A stretch of 64,000 nucleotides of DNA from Carcharhinus longimanus (taxonomy: Eukaryota), in NCBI GenBank assembly GCA_030264375.1, contig JASCQW010000162.1, forward strand, positions 60,200,445 through 60,264,444, given 5' to 3'. Numbering within the stretch: position 1 is the first letter of the stretch; each line of letters starts with the position of its first letter. Made by a program: the position numbers and the translations under genes. The notes below the pieces were generated by a model. It saw only the letters and a list, made by a program, of their open reading frames with translations, ran no database searches and had not been told where the DNA came from. Positions 26,696-39,690 of the stretch are shown one piece after another.

Positions 26696-26855
26696 CTGGA
26701 TAAAAGCAAATTATTGCAGATGCTGGAATCTAAAACCAAAAGGGAAAATGCTGGAAAATCTCAGCAGGTCTGGCAACACCTGTAAGGAGAGAAAAGAGCT
26801 GACCCTTTGACAAAGGGTCATCTGGACTCGAAACATCAGCTCTTTTCTCTCCTAA
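26696..26855. mobile_element. 160-bp Penelope-derived hairpin insert with 13-bp TSD
   Basis: TSD ctgattgtaacca at 26683-26695 and 26856-26868; stem aggagagaaaagagctga / tcagctcttttctctcct. Confidence 0.8.
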
Positions 26856-28024
26856 CTGATTGTAACCATCCCTTACTTCCAATAACCTTTCACTCATTCC
26901 CTTGTTTATCAAGCTTCTGCTGATTTTTGATGGAGGGAATTCCAAAGACACTCTACCTGCTGAGGGAAAAAGAATTCTCTTCATCTCAGTCTTAAATGGG
27001 AAACCCTTTAGTTTTAAACAATGACCCTGGTTCTAGATTCTCTCACAGAGGAAACATCATCTCCAAATCCAAACTGTTATGACTTCTCAGCATCTTAAAG
27101 GTTTCAATCAGGCTGCCTCTTACTTTTCCAAGCTACAGTGGATACAGGTCTGGCCTATGCAAATTTTCATAATTAGGCAACCACACCTATTCCTGGTATT
27201 AATCTAACAAACATTCTCTGAACTGCTTCTAATTCATTTACATCCTTCCTTAAATAAGAAGACCAATACTGTACTCAATACTTTAGATGTGGGTTTTACC
27301 AGTGCCTGTTACAACAGAAACATAACCTCTCTACTTTCATACTCAATTCCCCTCAAAGTAAAAATCACATTCTATTATAAGCCCTCCTAATTACTTGCTA
27401 TACTTGCACGAACATCAAGCAATTCATGCAGAAGGACACCTAAATTCCACTGAATCTCAGCTTGCGATTTCTCACAATTAAGATAATATGTTTTTTTATT
27501 CTTCCTTTCACATTTTCTCACTTTATACTCCATTTGCCAAGTCATTGCCCACCCACCTAAACTATCTTTATCCCTTTGCAACCTCCCTAGGCCCTTTTCA
27601 TAACTCAATTTCCTAACTTAATTTGCAAATTTAGCAACCATGCCTTTATCCCTTCATCCAAATCATTTAAATAAATTGTAAAAAGCTGACGCCCCAACAC
27701 CGGTCTCTCTACTTATCCTGCCAATCTGAAAAAGAACCCATTTATGTCCATCTTTGTTTCCTGGCAGCCAGACAGTCTTCACCGTGAGCTTTTATTTATC
27801 GCAATAACTGTCGACGTTGCACTTTATCAAATGCCTTCTGAAATCTAAGTACAGTACAGACAGCAGTTCCCCTTTATCCACAGCATGTGACTTCTTCAAG
27901 AAACTGTAATCAATTCAATAAACATTTTTTCCCTTTCACAAAACTATGTGGACTCTGCATAGTTGCCTTGAATTTTTCTGTGTGCCCTGCTATAATATCT
28001 TTAAGAAGAGCTTCTGTCATTTTC

Positions 28025-28648
28025 AGTTTATGAGTACAGGCATGGAGTATAAAAGCAAGGAAATGATGCTTTTCATTTCTGTAGAGGTACCTTTACAAAT
28101 CATTGGTCAGACTACATTTGGAATATCGTGTTCCATTCTGGGCACCTTATTTAAGGAACGATGTTAAATCCCTAGACATAGTGCAAAGAAGATTTACTAG
28201 AATGGTATTAGAAATGAGAAATTTTAAATACAAGGAAAGATTAGAGAAATTGGGCTTATTCTCCCTTACGAAGAGTAGGTTGAGGTGACCTTATTGAGAT
28301 GTTCAAAATTCTGCACAGTTTTGACAAAATAAAGAAAGGTATTCTGTTTCCACATGTTGATATGTCTGACTAGAAGTCACAATTTCAAGATGGTCAGCAA
28401 AAGAGTTAGGAGTGAGATGAAAGTGCTGTTACGATTTGGAACACACTGCTGAGAAGAGTAGTGGAGGCTGATTCCATGGAAGATTTCAAAAAAGAGCTGG
28501 AAACGTATTTGAAAGTGATGAATTTAAAGAGTTACGGAGATAGGGCTGGAGAATGGGACTAGCTGGAGGGGGGAGCGGGTAGCTATTTCAGATGCTGGTG
28601 CAAACACGGTGGGCCGAATGACCTCTTTCTGCGCTGTAAGATTCTATG
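28025..28648 (+). mobile_element. 5'-truncated CR1 nested in the opposite orientation
   Basis: VRLHLEYRVPFWAPYLRND...ERLEKLGLFSL; tail attctatg; 6-bp TSD attttc. Confidence 0.85.
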
Positions 28649-28837
28649 ATTTTCCTTTGACAGAATTAACTGGCCTGCAGTTTCTTGCTTGTCTCCCTCC
28701 CTTTTTGAATAAAGGAGTTAATTCACTATTTTCTAATCTAATGGAACCTTCCCTGGGAATTTTAGAAAATTAAAGCCAACGCATCAACTAACCACTTCCT
28801 TTAAGATGCCATGACGAAGTCTATCAAGATTTGTTAA

Positions 28838-28912
28838 GATGTGGATGTGCCGGCGTTGGACTGGGGTAAACACAGTAAAAAAAAAAACCTGGTGTTGTCA
28901 GACTTTTTACTA
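28838..28912. mobile_element. 75-bp Penelope-derived insert with 13-bp TSD
   Basis: TSD caagatttgttaa at 28825-28837 and 28913-28925; shares ggcgttggactggggt and acctggtgttgt with the 37931 element. Confidence 0.8.
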
Positions 28913-31149
28913 CAAGATTTGTTAACCCATAATTCAACAGTTTGCTAAGTTCCATTTTCCTGGTGACTGTAATTTTCCCTAGTTCTTTCCTCCCTTCCAA
29001 TCTTTGATTTACAGCTATTTCTGAGATGTCGTTTATCCTGTGTAATGAAGACTGTTGCAAAATACCTGTTCAATTAATTTGCCAAATCCTTCACTTCCAT
29101 GATTATTCCCATAGACACTGTCTGTAGGGCCAATAATTGTTAAAGGCAAGGTAAAGGTTTGTTTTGTTAACTCATTTCTTATTTGAATATCTATAGAAAC
29201 TCTTACTATCTGTCTTTCTATTTCTAGCCACCTTTCTCTCATACTTGGATTTTTCCCTTCTTATTAATCTTTTGGTGTTTCTTTGCTGTTCTTTGTATTC
29301 TGTCTAGTCTTCTGAAGTGCCACCCATCCTTGTACAATTATATGCCTTTTCTTTAAGTTTGATGCCATACCTTTTTAGTTAACCGCCATGGTGGGGTTTG
29401 CCCTTTGATATTTTGCTTTCTAGTTGGAATGTATATATTCTGAGTATGCTGAAATATCTCTTTTAACATTTGCCATTGCATCTCTGTGGAACTATCCCTT
29501 AACCTCATTTGCCAGATCACTTTAGCTAGTTCTGCTTTCATACCCTCATAATTGCCCTATTTAAGTTTAAAATACTAATCTTGATCTACTCTTCTCTTCC
29601 TCAAACAAAATGTAAAATTCAATCACATTTTGATCACTGCTACTTAGAGGTGCCAGCACTATGAGATCATTAATTAACTCTGTTTTGTTTCTCACTACCA
29701 AGTCCAGTACAACCTGTTCTCTGGTTGGCTCCAGAATGTGAGCCATAACAACAAGATGAAGTGGATTGGAATTTGAATGTTCCAAGAAACTATCCTAAAA
29801 ACACTCTGAGCTGCTCATCTAGGCAACCTTTTCCCATCTGATTTATCTAGTCCATATGTAGATTGAATCACTCAAGATTATTGCTGTACCTTTCTGATAA
29901 GCTCCCATTGTTTCTTCCTTTATACTCTGTCCTACCATGTGGTTACTGTTTGGAGGCCTGTACAACATTCCTTTATCTTTATCATTTATCATCCCTACTG
30001 AAACTCAATGTCTTGGTTTCCTGAACTTATGTCATCCCTCTCCACTGTATTAATACCACCATTAATTAACAGGGCCACATCTTTACCTTTTCCTAGTTTC
30101 CTGTCGTTCCTATATGTCATGCTTCCTTAAATATTCAGATCCCAACCTGTGTCATCTGTAGATGTATGTCTGTGATGGCCATCAGATGGTACTTACTTAT
30201 TTCTGTTTGCACTCTCAGTTCATTTATTTTGTTACAATGCTGTGTGAATTCAGATACAGAACCTTTAGTTTTGTCATTTTATTACTTCCGTAACTCCTAG
30301 ACTTACCTGCTGCTTTTACTCTTAGCTTTATACTCTATCCTTTCCTGTCGCAGTCTGTTTATCATTTCCAATATTAATGCCTTTCTTTCTTATTTTATGT
30401 TTACTCTTTGATTTACCACATCTTCCAAAATTTGATTCCTTGTCTTTACTGTTTAATTTAAAACCCTCTCTACTTCCCTAATTATGTGGCTCACTAAATC
30501 ACTGGTTTCAGCATGGTTCATGTGTATCATCAAAATGGTACAGATCTCACTTTACCAATACTGATGCCAGTGTTCCACGAATTGAACCTATTTCTCCCAC
30601 ACCAGTCTTTGAACCAGGCATTCGTTTCTCTAATTTTATTGGCCTGCTGTTCCGAAGATCTTTCGCCTCAGTAAGAGTTGTCAGGGCATGATTTTAATTC
30701 CGATTAATGTTTTCGTATTAGAGGTCTTAAGACTTAGAATGGAAGTTGCCCTAGTGAAATGATGCAAAGCATCAGCACCATTCCTTCAATTAATCCTTTG
30801 CCACTGACAGTCAAATGTATAAAGTATATGATGGCGAATCGAGTTGAGGGTCTTTCTGTGAATTACGTTGCTCTAGCTGAGTTGAGAAAGAAGTGGGGAC
30901 AGATTGGGTCAGTAGACCACTGGCCACATGCCTTAGTGCAACTTAGAGGTACCTCAGGCTATTCCTCGAACTCTGAATGCTTCAGCTTTTAACAATGGGC
31001 GGATGATTATTTTTACCCTGTGTGATAAGTAGCTTGGGCTTAACTACCCTTAACTGAAAACAAGTTGAAACTGGAGCAGTGTAATAGTTGGTGAGAAGAA
31101 AAAGAACCAATAGAACTACAGCTACAGTTTAAAAAAATAGGATTTTTAA

Positions 31150-32900
31150 AATTTCATTTTACAGAAGTTGACGATGTTGGTCTGAAGCCAGACCAACATT
31201 TATTGCCCATCCCTAGTTGCGCTTCAGTTGGATGAACCGTTGCAGTCTCTGAGGTGTAGATATACCCACAATTCTGTTAGAGAGGGAATTCCAGAATTTT
31301 GACCCAGTGACATGAGGAGTGGCAATATATTTCCAAGTCAGAATGGTGAGCAATTTGGAGGAGAACCTCCAGATATGTTCCTAGGTATCTGCAGCTTCTG
31401 CCCTTCTAGATGGTAGTGGTCATGGGTTTGGAAGTTGCTGCTGAAGGAACCTTGATGAGCTCCTGTATTGCATCTCGTAGATTCTACACGAGGCTGACAT
31501 TGTTTGTCGGTAGTACAGGGACTGAATGTTTGTAGAAGGGGTAGCAATCAAGCAGGCTGCTTTACCTTGGATGGTGTTGAGGTTCTTGAGTGTTGTTGGA
31601 GCTGTACTAATCCACGCAAGTGTAGAGTATTCCTTTACATTCCTAACTTGTGCCTTGTAAATGGTGGACAGGCTTAGGCTTAGGCTTAGGCTTAGGCTTA
31701 GAGATNNNNNNNNNNNNNNNNNNNNNNNNNNNNNNNNNNNNNNNNNNNNNNNNNNNNNNNNNNNNNNNNNNNNNNNNNNNNNNNNNNNNNNNNNNNNNNN
31801 NNNNNGCGAGTTACTCACTGCAGTACTCCGAGCCTTTGACCTGCTCTGGTAGCCACCATTTTTACCATTGAAGTTGAGGGGTGATGGTTAGATCCTCTCT
31901 TGTTGCAGATGGTTATTGCCTTGCTCTCATGTGGCACAAATGTTACTTGCCACTTGTCAGTCCAAGCCTAGTATTGTCCAGCTTTTGCTGCATTTGGACA
32001 TGATCTGCTTCAGTATCTGAGGAGCCATAAATGGAGCTGAATATTGTGTGGTTATCTATGAGCATCCCTACTTCTGACCATATTATGGATGGGAAGTCAT
32101 TGGTAAAGCAGCTGAAGATGGTTGGGCCTAGGATACTACCCTGAGAAACTTCTGTGGTGATGTTCTGTAGCTGAGATGATTGACCTCCAACCAGCACAAC
32201 CATCTTCCAAGCTAGGTATGACTCCAACTATCAGAAATTTTCCCCCTGATTCCCATTGACTCCAGTTTTGCTCAGGCTCCTTGATGCTATACTTTGTCAA
32301 ATATTGCTTTGATGTCATCTCACCTCTGGCCTTCAGCTCTTTTGTCCATGTTTGATCCAAGGCTGTAATGAGATCAGGAACTGATTGCCCCTGGTGGNNN
32401 NNNNNNNNNNNNNNNNNNNNNNNNNNNNNNNNNNNNNNNNNNNNNNNNNNNNNNNNNNNNNNNNNNNNNNNNNNNNNNNNNNNNNNNNNNNNNNNNNTGG
32501 AACCAAAACTGAGCATCCGTGAGCATGTCATTGCTGAATAAGTGCTGCTTGATGATACTGATGACCCATTTCATCACTTTACTAATGATCGAAAGTAGAC
32601 TGGTGGGATGATAAGTCTTCAGGACTATTGCCAAAGCTCATAGCTTTTGCAGTAACTTGTACCTTCAGCTGTTTCTTGATGGCGAGTAGAGTGAATCGAA
32701 TTAGCTGAAGATTGATATCTGTGAGGAGGCCGAGATAGATAGTCTACTTTGCCTCTCAGGCTGAAGGTTTATGCAAATGCTTCAGTATTATCTTTTGCAC
32801 GTATGTGCTGGGCTGTTCCATCATTGAGGATGGGGATATTTGTAAAGCCGCCTCCTCCAGTGAGTTGGCTGCCATTTACAGCCCAATGTGGCAGGCTCCA
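31150..32900 (-). mobile_element. CR1/L2-superfamily LINE (second family)
   Basis: Minus ORFs YHPTSLLSIISKVM, EVSQGSILGPTIFSCFTND, IYKAQVRNVKEYS. Confidence 0.85.
31670..31700. repeat. (AGGCTT)5 hexamer microsatellite
   Basis: aggcttaggcttaggcttaggcttaggctta, just before a gap. Confidence 0.95.
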
Positions 32901-34129
32901 TTTTCCTGCATCTGTATAGATTTGAACTGATTTGAAAATTGCACACCAATTCCAGCATTGACAGTGTTAAAGATTTAGAGCAGCGGCAGTTTGTCCTTGG
33001 GAGTCTGAATGGGTCAGTTCCGCTGCAGGGCATTCCCTGTGGGCTCTGGTACTATTTTAGTGTGTTTGTCTCTGACAGGCCTTCCTCATTTTTTGTAGGG
33101 TGTGGTTTAAAGATAGTGAGGAATTTGAAATACCTCTGATCTTCCTGGTACTTCTGTTTGAAACACTGCAACTATATCCTTTCACCACAGGCTCGCCTCT
33201 CCCACAGCAGGACGTGTACATTAGTCATACAACCAAGACTACAGTCAGTCAAAAAGAGTGTCAGAAGTATGAGTGTTCCTTAAGAGATGGAGAAACTTTT
33301 GCTGCCTCGCAGTTCAAGTTTTAGGATGTCTACAGTAGAGTTGCTGTTCTGCCTGAGGTATTAAATAGTGTTTGCCCTTCACATTTGTGTAAAGGGTTTC
33401 TTTATATGTTGTGGGATTTTTGGAACAAGTCCAGGAGCATAAGAAAGAGAAGGCCTGAGTGCTGAAATCTCTCAGATTGTGGAACGAACTGTGAATTCAG
33501 TCCATGATGGAGCATCCTGCAAGACGTCAGCCGTAAGTGAGACATTTCACTCTTTACTGCAAGACCCTTTCAGGCAGTGTACTTCTTTTCATAATTTATT
33601 CTTATTTTGGATCTTGCATTGTGTAGTTCATGTACCAAGGGATTTTTCAGTGACCTGAGGATTTAAAGTGGGAGTTAAAGAAATCTTCTTTGAAATGTGG
33701 GTTTTGTAACCTGCCCCTAGAATTTGTTTTTGTTTCTGTTGAAACCTCACTGCATTTCCTCTACAAGCTCCCAACTTGAGATTCAATTGATCTTATAATG
33801 TTGGGAGTTTGCATTGTGGATTGTTTTCTGTGTCATGGTAACCCATTAAAGTTCAGAGATTTATTTTCTTAGCTAACTAACACTGGATATTTTATATTTT
33901 GAGATTAAAAGCACCCATAATTATAAAATGATGTGCCATTGCTAAACCTTCAATTCTCCCCCACAACTTCCCACCTCACCCCAATGGTATGTGAAATTTC
34001 AGTAAGGCATCATCATGAGTGAAACATTTAAAACTGGAATTTTGGAAACAACAAAAAACATGATTCTAGGTACTGCTGTGCAAATTTGAGCTGTGTNNNN
34101 NNNNNNNNNNNNNNNNNNNATACAAGCCT

Positions 34130-34650
34130 AAAATAGTAATGGTACAGGCCTGTATAATACTAGAGTAAATGGCTGATGAGTATGCATCTGTCACTGTTTT
34201 TAAAAAAAAACTGGGGTACAGTGCTGCTGGGCGTGGATTTGTCTGGGCATGGACCTGTATATGTATAACGCTGGTTACAACGCTAATGGGTATAAGTGTG
34301 TCATGTGTAACATTGGGTTAAGGTGCTGATAGATACTGATCTGTCACTATATAAGTACAGAGCTAATGGGTATAGATATGTCACTATATAACACTGAAAT
34401 ACATTGCTAATTGGTACAGGTCTGTCACTACATAACACTCGAATATGGTGCTGATAGATACGAGTCTGTCACTGCATAATATTGAGTACAGTGCTGGTGG
34501 TTATAGGTCTCTCACTATATGGATACAGTGTTGCTGGGTACAGCCACTGTATAACAATGGGGTAAGATACAGATTGCAGGACAGTCACTGTACAACACTT
34601 GAGTATAAAGTACTGTTGAGTACAGTGTTAACACACTATAATACAGGTTA
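34130..34650. repeat. Degenerate ~43-bp minisatellite
   Basis: Repeated ctgtcactRtataacact...gtacagtgctg.tgggta. Confidence 0.8.
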
Positions 34651-35329
34651 AAGGTTAAATTAAAGATGCTTTACATCAGAAAATTGACAAACAGTAATCT
34701 CACAGTATTCATACTGCATTCAAAAACACAAATGACCTGATCTGTGATAATGAGGTGTAAAGTTATTTTTGTGGGTCCTCTGATTTGTTGTCAAAATATG
34801 GGTATAACCTGGCCTGCTAAATACATATCAGATCCGAGTGTCATGACGCGGAATAAGGCTGACAAGTAGGTTTCCTGGACAATTCACATTGCTAGGATGC
34901 CATGATGTTTTAGTTCCAGCATGTCAGTGTCAGATGTACCTGCATGCAGCCAGGAGCCAAGTTATGACTCAAATTGGAGCGAGCAGACTAACAGAGAAAA
35001 AAGAAATATGAAAACATTTTAAGAATCTCAAACAACATTAGAAGTGCATTAGTATCCAGAGTTTCATGCAAATAAAATGTATATTAATATTTACAGCATC
35101 ATTTGCTAAATAATGTATCATTGTCACATATTAAGCATGCATTGGTGCCCAGTGCACCCTACAACATAAAAGGAATGCTTTTACTCAAATTTGTACAGTG
35201 TAAAATTCATATAAGTACTCACAGCATTGCATATTAAATATATTTAAATGACTGGCCCTGCCACAGAACTGACAATCCTTATGTGTCTAACCATGATGTG
35301 TTCATCTCGTATGATTATCTGATTTCTCT

Positions 35330-36445
35330 GCAGTCCTTGACACAATCAGTCACAGCATACTCCTCTGAAACCTTTCCCATGTTGTCCAACTCGGTTGGAT
35401 CACCCTCACTGAGCTATCTGTTCAATGCCAGAGCTTCTCCAGTAGTGGCTTCTCTTCCTTCCTGTGCACTATTTCCTCCAGTCGCCCAGTAATCATTGGC
35501 CGCTTCCTCTTTCTCTTCTGTATCCTTCTCCTGGATGTGAGGTCACTTTCCACATGTATGCTTATGAAGCTCAGCTTTACCTCTCCAACATCTCTCTTGA
35601 CCTTGCACTGCCCCTCTGCTGTCAGACTGCTTGTCCAATGTGTAGTTTTGGATGAGCCACAGTTTGCTTAAGTTGAACAATGGGAAGACTGAAACCATCA
35701 TCTTGGAACATTACTATGAACCCCAAAACTGCTTCACTGACTTTAACTCACTTCTCCCCAATCTCAGGCACACCTGTCCTGAGCTGAGCTTCTGAACCCA
35801 TACCTCCTTCATCACAAAGACTGCCTACTTCCATCTCTGCAATATTACCCACCTCTAGCCCTCCCTCAGAACATCTACAAAATGTTATGAAACTCTCACC
35901 CATACCTGTATTACCTCGATACTTAACTATTCCATCATATCCCAATCAATCTCTCATTCTTTTCCATCCACAGGCTTCAGTTCATCCAAAGCTCTGTTGT
36001 TCTTATCCTGTACTGCTCATCCATCGTCCATGTTATTTCTATTCTACGTTAACTCCGAATTCTTCAATGTCCCAAGTTTAGAATTATTATCTTTATGTTC
36101 ACATCTCTTCATAACCTATGACCTTGCTGTCTGTAACCTCCTCTAGTCCTAAAACCATCCCTGAATTCCATATCTCAGAATCCCATCACCTTTCATCCCA
36201 CCAATGGTACCTGTGTCTTCAGCTATCTGGGTAAAATTACTTTATAATTCCCCTTCCTAATTCCTGTCCCATCTCCTCTCCATTCTTCTTTAAAATCCTC
36301 TTGGAAATCCATTTCCTGATGAAACATCTTGGTGACTTCTGAAATCTATTTTACTGTCATGGTTTGACTAATTACTCCTCTGTGAAGTTATCTGAAATGT
36401 ATTACCATATTAAATTACAGATGCTATATAAATGAATGTTGTTAG
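35330..36445 (+). mobile_element. Degenerate L2 LINE
   Basis: FHMYAYEAQLYLS (decayed YADDTQLYLS); tail atgctatataaatg. Confidence 0.75.
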
Positions 36446-36449
36446 TGTT

Positions 36450-37095
36450 ATTGTAGTGGTGCCCAGAGTGCATTCCACAACATGAATATTAGTACACAAA
36501 CTGCTACACAATATTAAATGCATATTCAAAGAGTCTCTCAACATGAACAGTAAACTGAAATTTGTATAGGTGCAGAGAACGTTTCTACATATTAAACATG
36601 TATCAGCACCCAAAGTGTCACACAGCTGGAATTGCATTTTGATAACTAGAATATTGCACAATTGAAAACACATAGTACCAAGGGTATTGAACACCTTAAA
36701 ATCTGCAATGCAGCCAAAGTCTTCCACCGCATAAAATCCAGAGTACCCATCGTATTAAACATATATCTGTGTACGTGTTATCATACAATAAATGCATTTT
36801 TACTTAGTATTATACAACATTAAATAGATATTAGGGCCCAGAGCATTGCACAGTATTAAATCCATACTCGCATTTAGTAGGTTGTGCACCATTAAATATA
36901 TATTACAGTTCAGACTATCACAATGTTAAAACACATTGCAATCAAAAATGTCACTTGATGTTGATCATTTATTTATATGCAGAGTATCACACAATATTAA
37001 ACATGGTCAATATTAATTACAAGAGTATCAAACAGAAGTAATCACTTGTTTAAATGTGGATTATTTTCCAGAATATCATACAATATTAAAGACGG
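36450..37095. repeat. Old degenerate AT-rich tandem repeat
   Basis: Recurrent cagagtat.acacaatattaaa.at; related tract at ~35030-35250. Confidence 0.6.
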
Positions 37096-37124
37096 CTCAC
37101 TAAAAAAAAACAAAAAGCTTACAC

Positions 37125-37545
37125 TGATCGTGCCTTAAATTATCTGAGAGCATCCTAAAACCAATAAAGTATTTTTGAAGCATAATGCAGGAAGTGTAAT
37201 GTAGAAAGCTTGGCCGTCAATTCGTGCATGGCAAAGTCCCACAAATAGCAATGTGAAACTTAACCAGAAATCTGATGGATAAATGTTAACCAGAACAGGT
37301 GAACTCCACTGCTCTTGTTCAAAATACAGTCTTGTTATGGGATTTCTTTGTCCACCTTGGAGACTGAATAGGGCCTTAGTTTAACATCTCATTTGAGAGA
37401 TCGTAGTTTTAACAGGACAGTGCTCCCTCAGTAATGAACCTTATGAACTGGAGTTTCAACCCAAAGTTTATACACAAGTGTCTGAAATATAACTTGGAAT
37501 CATAACTTGTCAACTTTGAAGTGAGAGTGCATCCATTGAGCTGCA
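37125..37545 (-). mobile_element. Deu-domain SINE (SacSINE1-like); partial copies ~2290-2530, 7810-7935, 13770-13920, 19270-19490
   Basis: cccacaaatagcaatgtga, ctgctctt, atgggat, gtttaacatctcat, gtgctccctcagt are reverse-complement DeuSINE motifs. Confidence 0.75.
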
Positions 37546-37930
37546 GGTAACATGAGAATTTGAAACTTTTTGATACTTTTACTTTTAAAATCATTTTACA
37601 GCATTAAAATTTCAATTACCAAAAAAATTAATCGAGGCATATTTTGAATGATTTGATTGGTTAACTTGCAAAATGTGATGGACAGCTGTTTACATGGGTT
37701 TCCAAGGGGAATTAGCCAGTTCTATCATGTCCTGAAGGGCATAATTGTGAGACTGGGCATGCACGGTTAATGATAGACAAAGAACAGAACTAACAACTCA
37801 AAACTGACACCTGTGAGGTACAATGGGCCAAGAGCAGAAACAAAGCTATACACCACCACAATTTGTAACCTCCTGGCCTCGCACATCTTGTTCTGTTTTT
37901 TTCAATGAGGTTCAATAATGAATTTAGAAG

Positions 37931-38105
37931 TGAGGTGGCAATGCTGGCGTTGGACTGGGGTGGGCACTCTAATAAGTCTCACAACACCAGATTAAAGTCC
38001 AATAGGTTTATTTGGAATCAGGAAGGAGTGCTGGTGAGTCAGCTGATGAAGGAGCAGCGCAAATGAATCTGTTGGACTTTAACCTGGTGTTGTGAGACTA
38101 TTCAC
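37931..38105. mobile_element. 175-bp Penelope-derived inverted-repeat element with 14-bp TSD
   Basis: TSD aatgaatttagaag at 37917-37930 and 38106-38119; arms agtctcacaacaccagattaaagtccaa / ttggactttaacctggtgttgtgagact. Confidence 0.85.
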
Positions 38106-38119
38106 AATGAATTTAGAAG

Positions 38120-39690
38120 AGCATGCCAGAGCAACAATTTACCCGGAAATGAGATTCCTACCTGATGAAGCTACATCATTGGACTGCATTCTTGAAAAAC
38201 TGAAAGCAACATGCACTAATCAGAGCTAAACAATTCCACAACCATCAGAGCAGTTCAAAGCTTTGCACCTGATTTGAGGAGGAGGATCTATGAACAGGCC
38301 ATTGATCAATGATGGTGGAAGTTGGCCTGTGTACCAAAGATCAGACAGAAGCATTTGTAGCTTACATGAGCTAAAGGTGCCTTGGATGGTCCTCTTGATC
38401 TTCTTCTGAGGTCTTCAACATCACAAATGCCAGTCTTCAGCCAACCTAGTTCACTTCTCAATAACCTGCTCAGCCTGGATTTCTCCAGAAAACTTGAGTC
38501 CAGACCTCTTTATAGTCTTGGTCCAAACATGGACACAAGCTCAGTTCTGGGATCGATATGAGGGTAAATGCCCTTGATATCAGGATAGCATTTGACCAAG
38601 TGTGCTACCAAAAGCCCTAGCAAAATTTAAATCAGTGGGAATCAGAAAGACATCACTTTAAGTGGCTAGATTCATAGCTGCTTGTTAAAGGTTAATCTCT
38701 GCAACCCCAGGATCTCATTGAGTCTCAGGCGCAATGATTTTCAAGTGATCCTTCTGTGACCTTCCCTGTATCATGAGATCAGACATAAACCTATTGACTA
38801 ATGTTCACAAAGTGCTCAGCTTCTTTGTCAATTCCTAAGATAATGAAGCAGCCCATGTCCTCAAGCAGCAGGAGGTGGACATCATCCAAACTTGTAATGG
38901 TAAGTGCCAGGCGATGTGTACGTTAGGCAATGGTCATCTCCAACAAAAGGCAACCCGATCACTTCCCCTTGACATTCATTGATATTACCATTGCTGNNNN
39001 NNNNNNNNNNNNNNNNNNNNNNNNNNNNNNNNNNNNNNNNNNNNNNNNNNNNNNNNNNNNNNNNNNNNNNNNNNNNNNNNNNNNNNNNNNNNNNNNCATT
39101 GCTGAGTGCCACAACATCGTTATCCCAAGGACCAGAAACTGAACCAAACAGCCAGATAAATGCCATGCTACAAGACCAGGTCAGAGCCTGGGTATTCTGA
39201 GATGCAAGGCTCACCTCCTAACTCCCCCAAAGACTTTTAACCATCTACAAGGTACAAGTCAGGAGTGTGATTATAAATTCTCCACTCAAAATAATGATTG
39301 CAGCTGCATCAACATTCAAGAAGCTCCTGACTATCCAGGACAAAGTAAAGTGCATGATCGATGTTACATTTGCTGGCTTAAATATCCAACCCCTCCACCA
39401 CTGGCATATCGTGGCTTCAATGTGTACTCTGTATTGGGTACACAGCCACAACCCACCACAGCTTCTTCAGCTGCACTGCCCAAACCAAAAGGCACACATT
39501 TTCCTCACTTATTGGACATGTACCACTTCATTGTCACGTGTTCAAAGTCCTGGAATTCTCTATCTTCAGTATTGTTGGAGTATCTTCACCATTTCCATTT
39601 AAGAAAAGAGCCCAACACTGCTTTCTCAACAGCAGCTTGGTTTGTGCAATAAACGGCAGCATTGCCAGTGGTGTGCATATCCCAAAGTAT
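38120..39690 (+). mobile_element. CR1/L2-superfamily LINE (second family)
   Basis: Homologous to the 14860 and 31150 copies (gcccttgatatcaggatagcatttgacc, atctacaaggtacaagtcaggagtgtga). Confidence 0.8.

Larger units (their letters stand above)
26610..30650 (-). mobile_element. Long degenerate CR1 LINE (APE + RT remnants) carrying three nested insertions
   Basis: Minus ORF remnants EPTREQVVLDLVV (APE) and LQRDKDSLGGWAMTWQMEY (RT); 3' tail near 26620. Confidence 0.85.
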
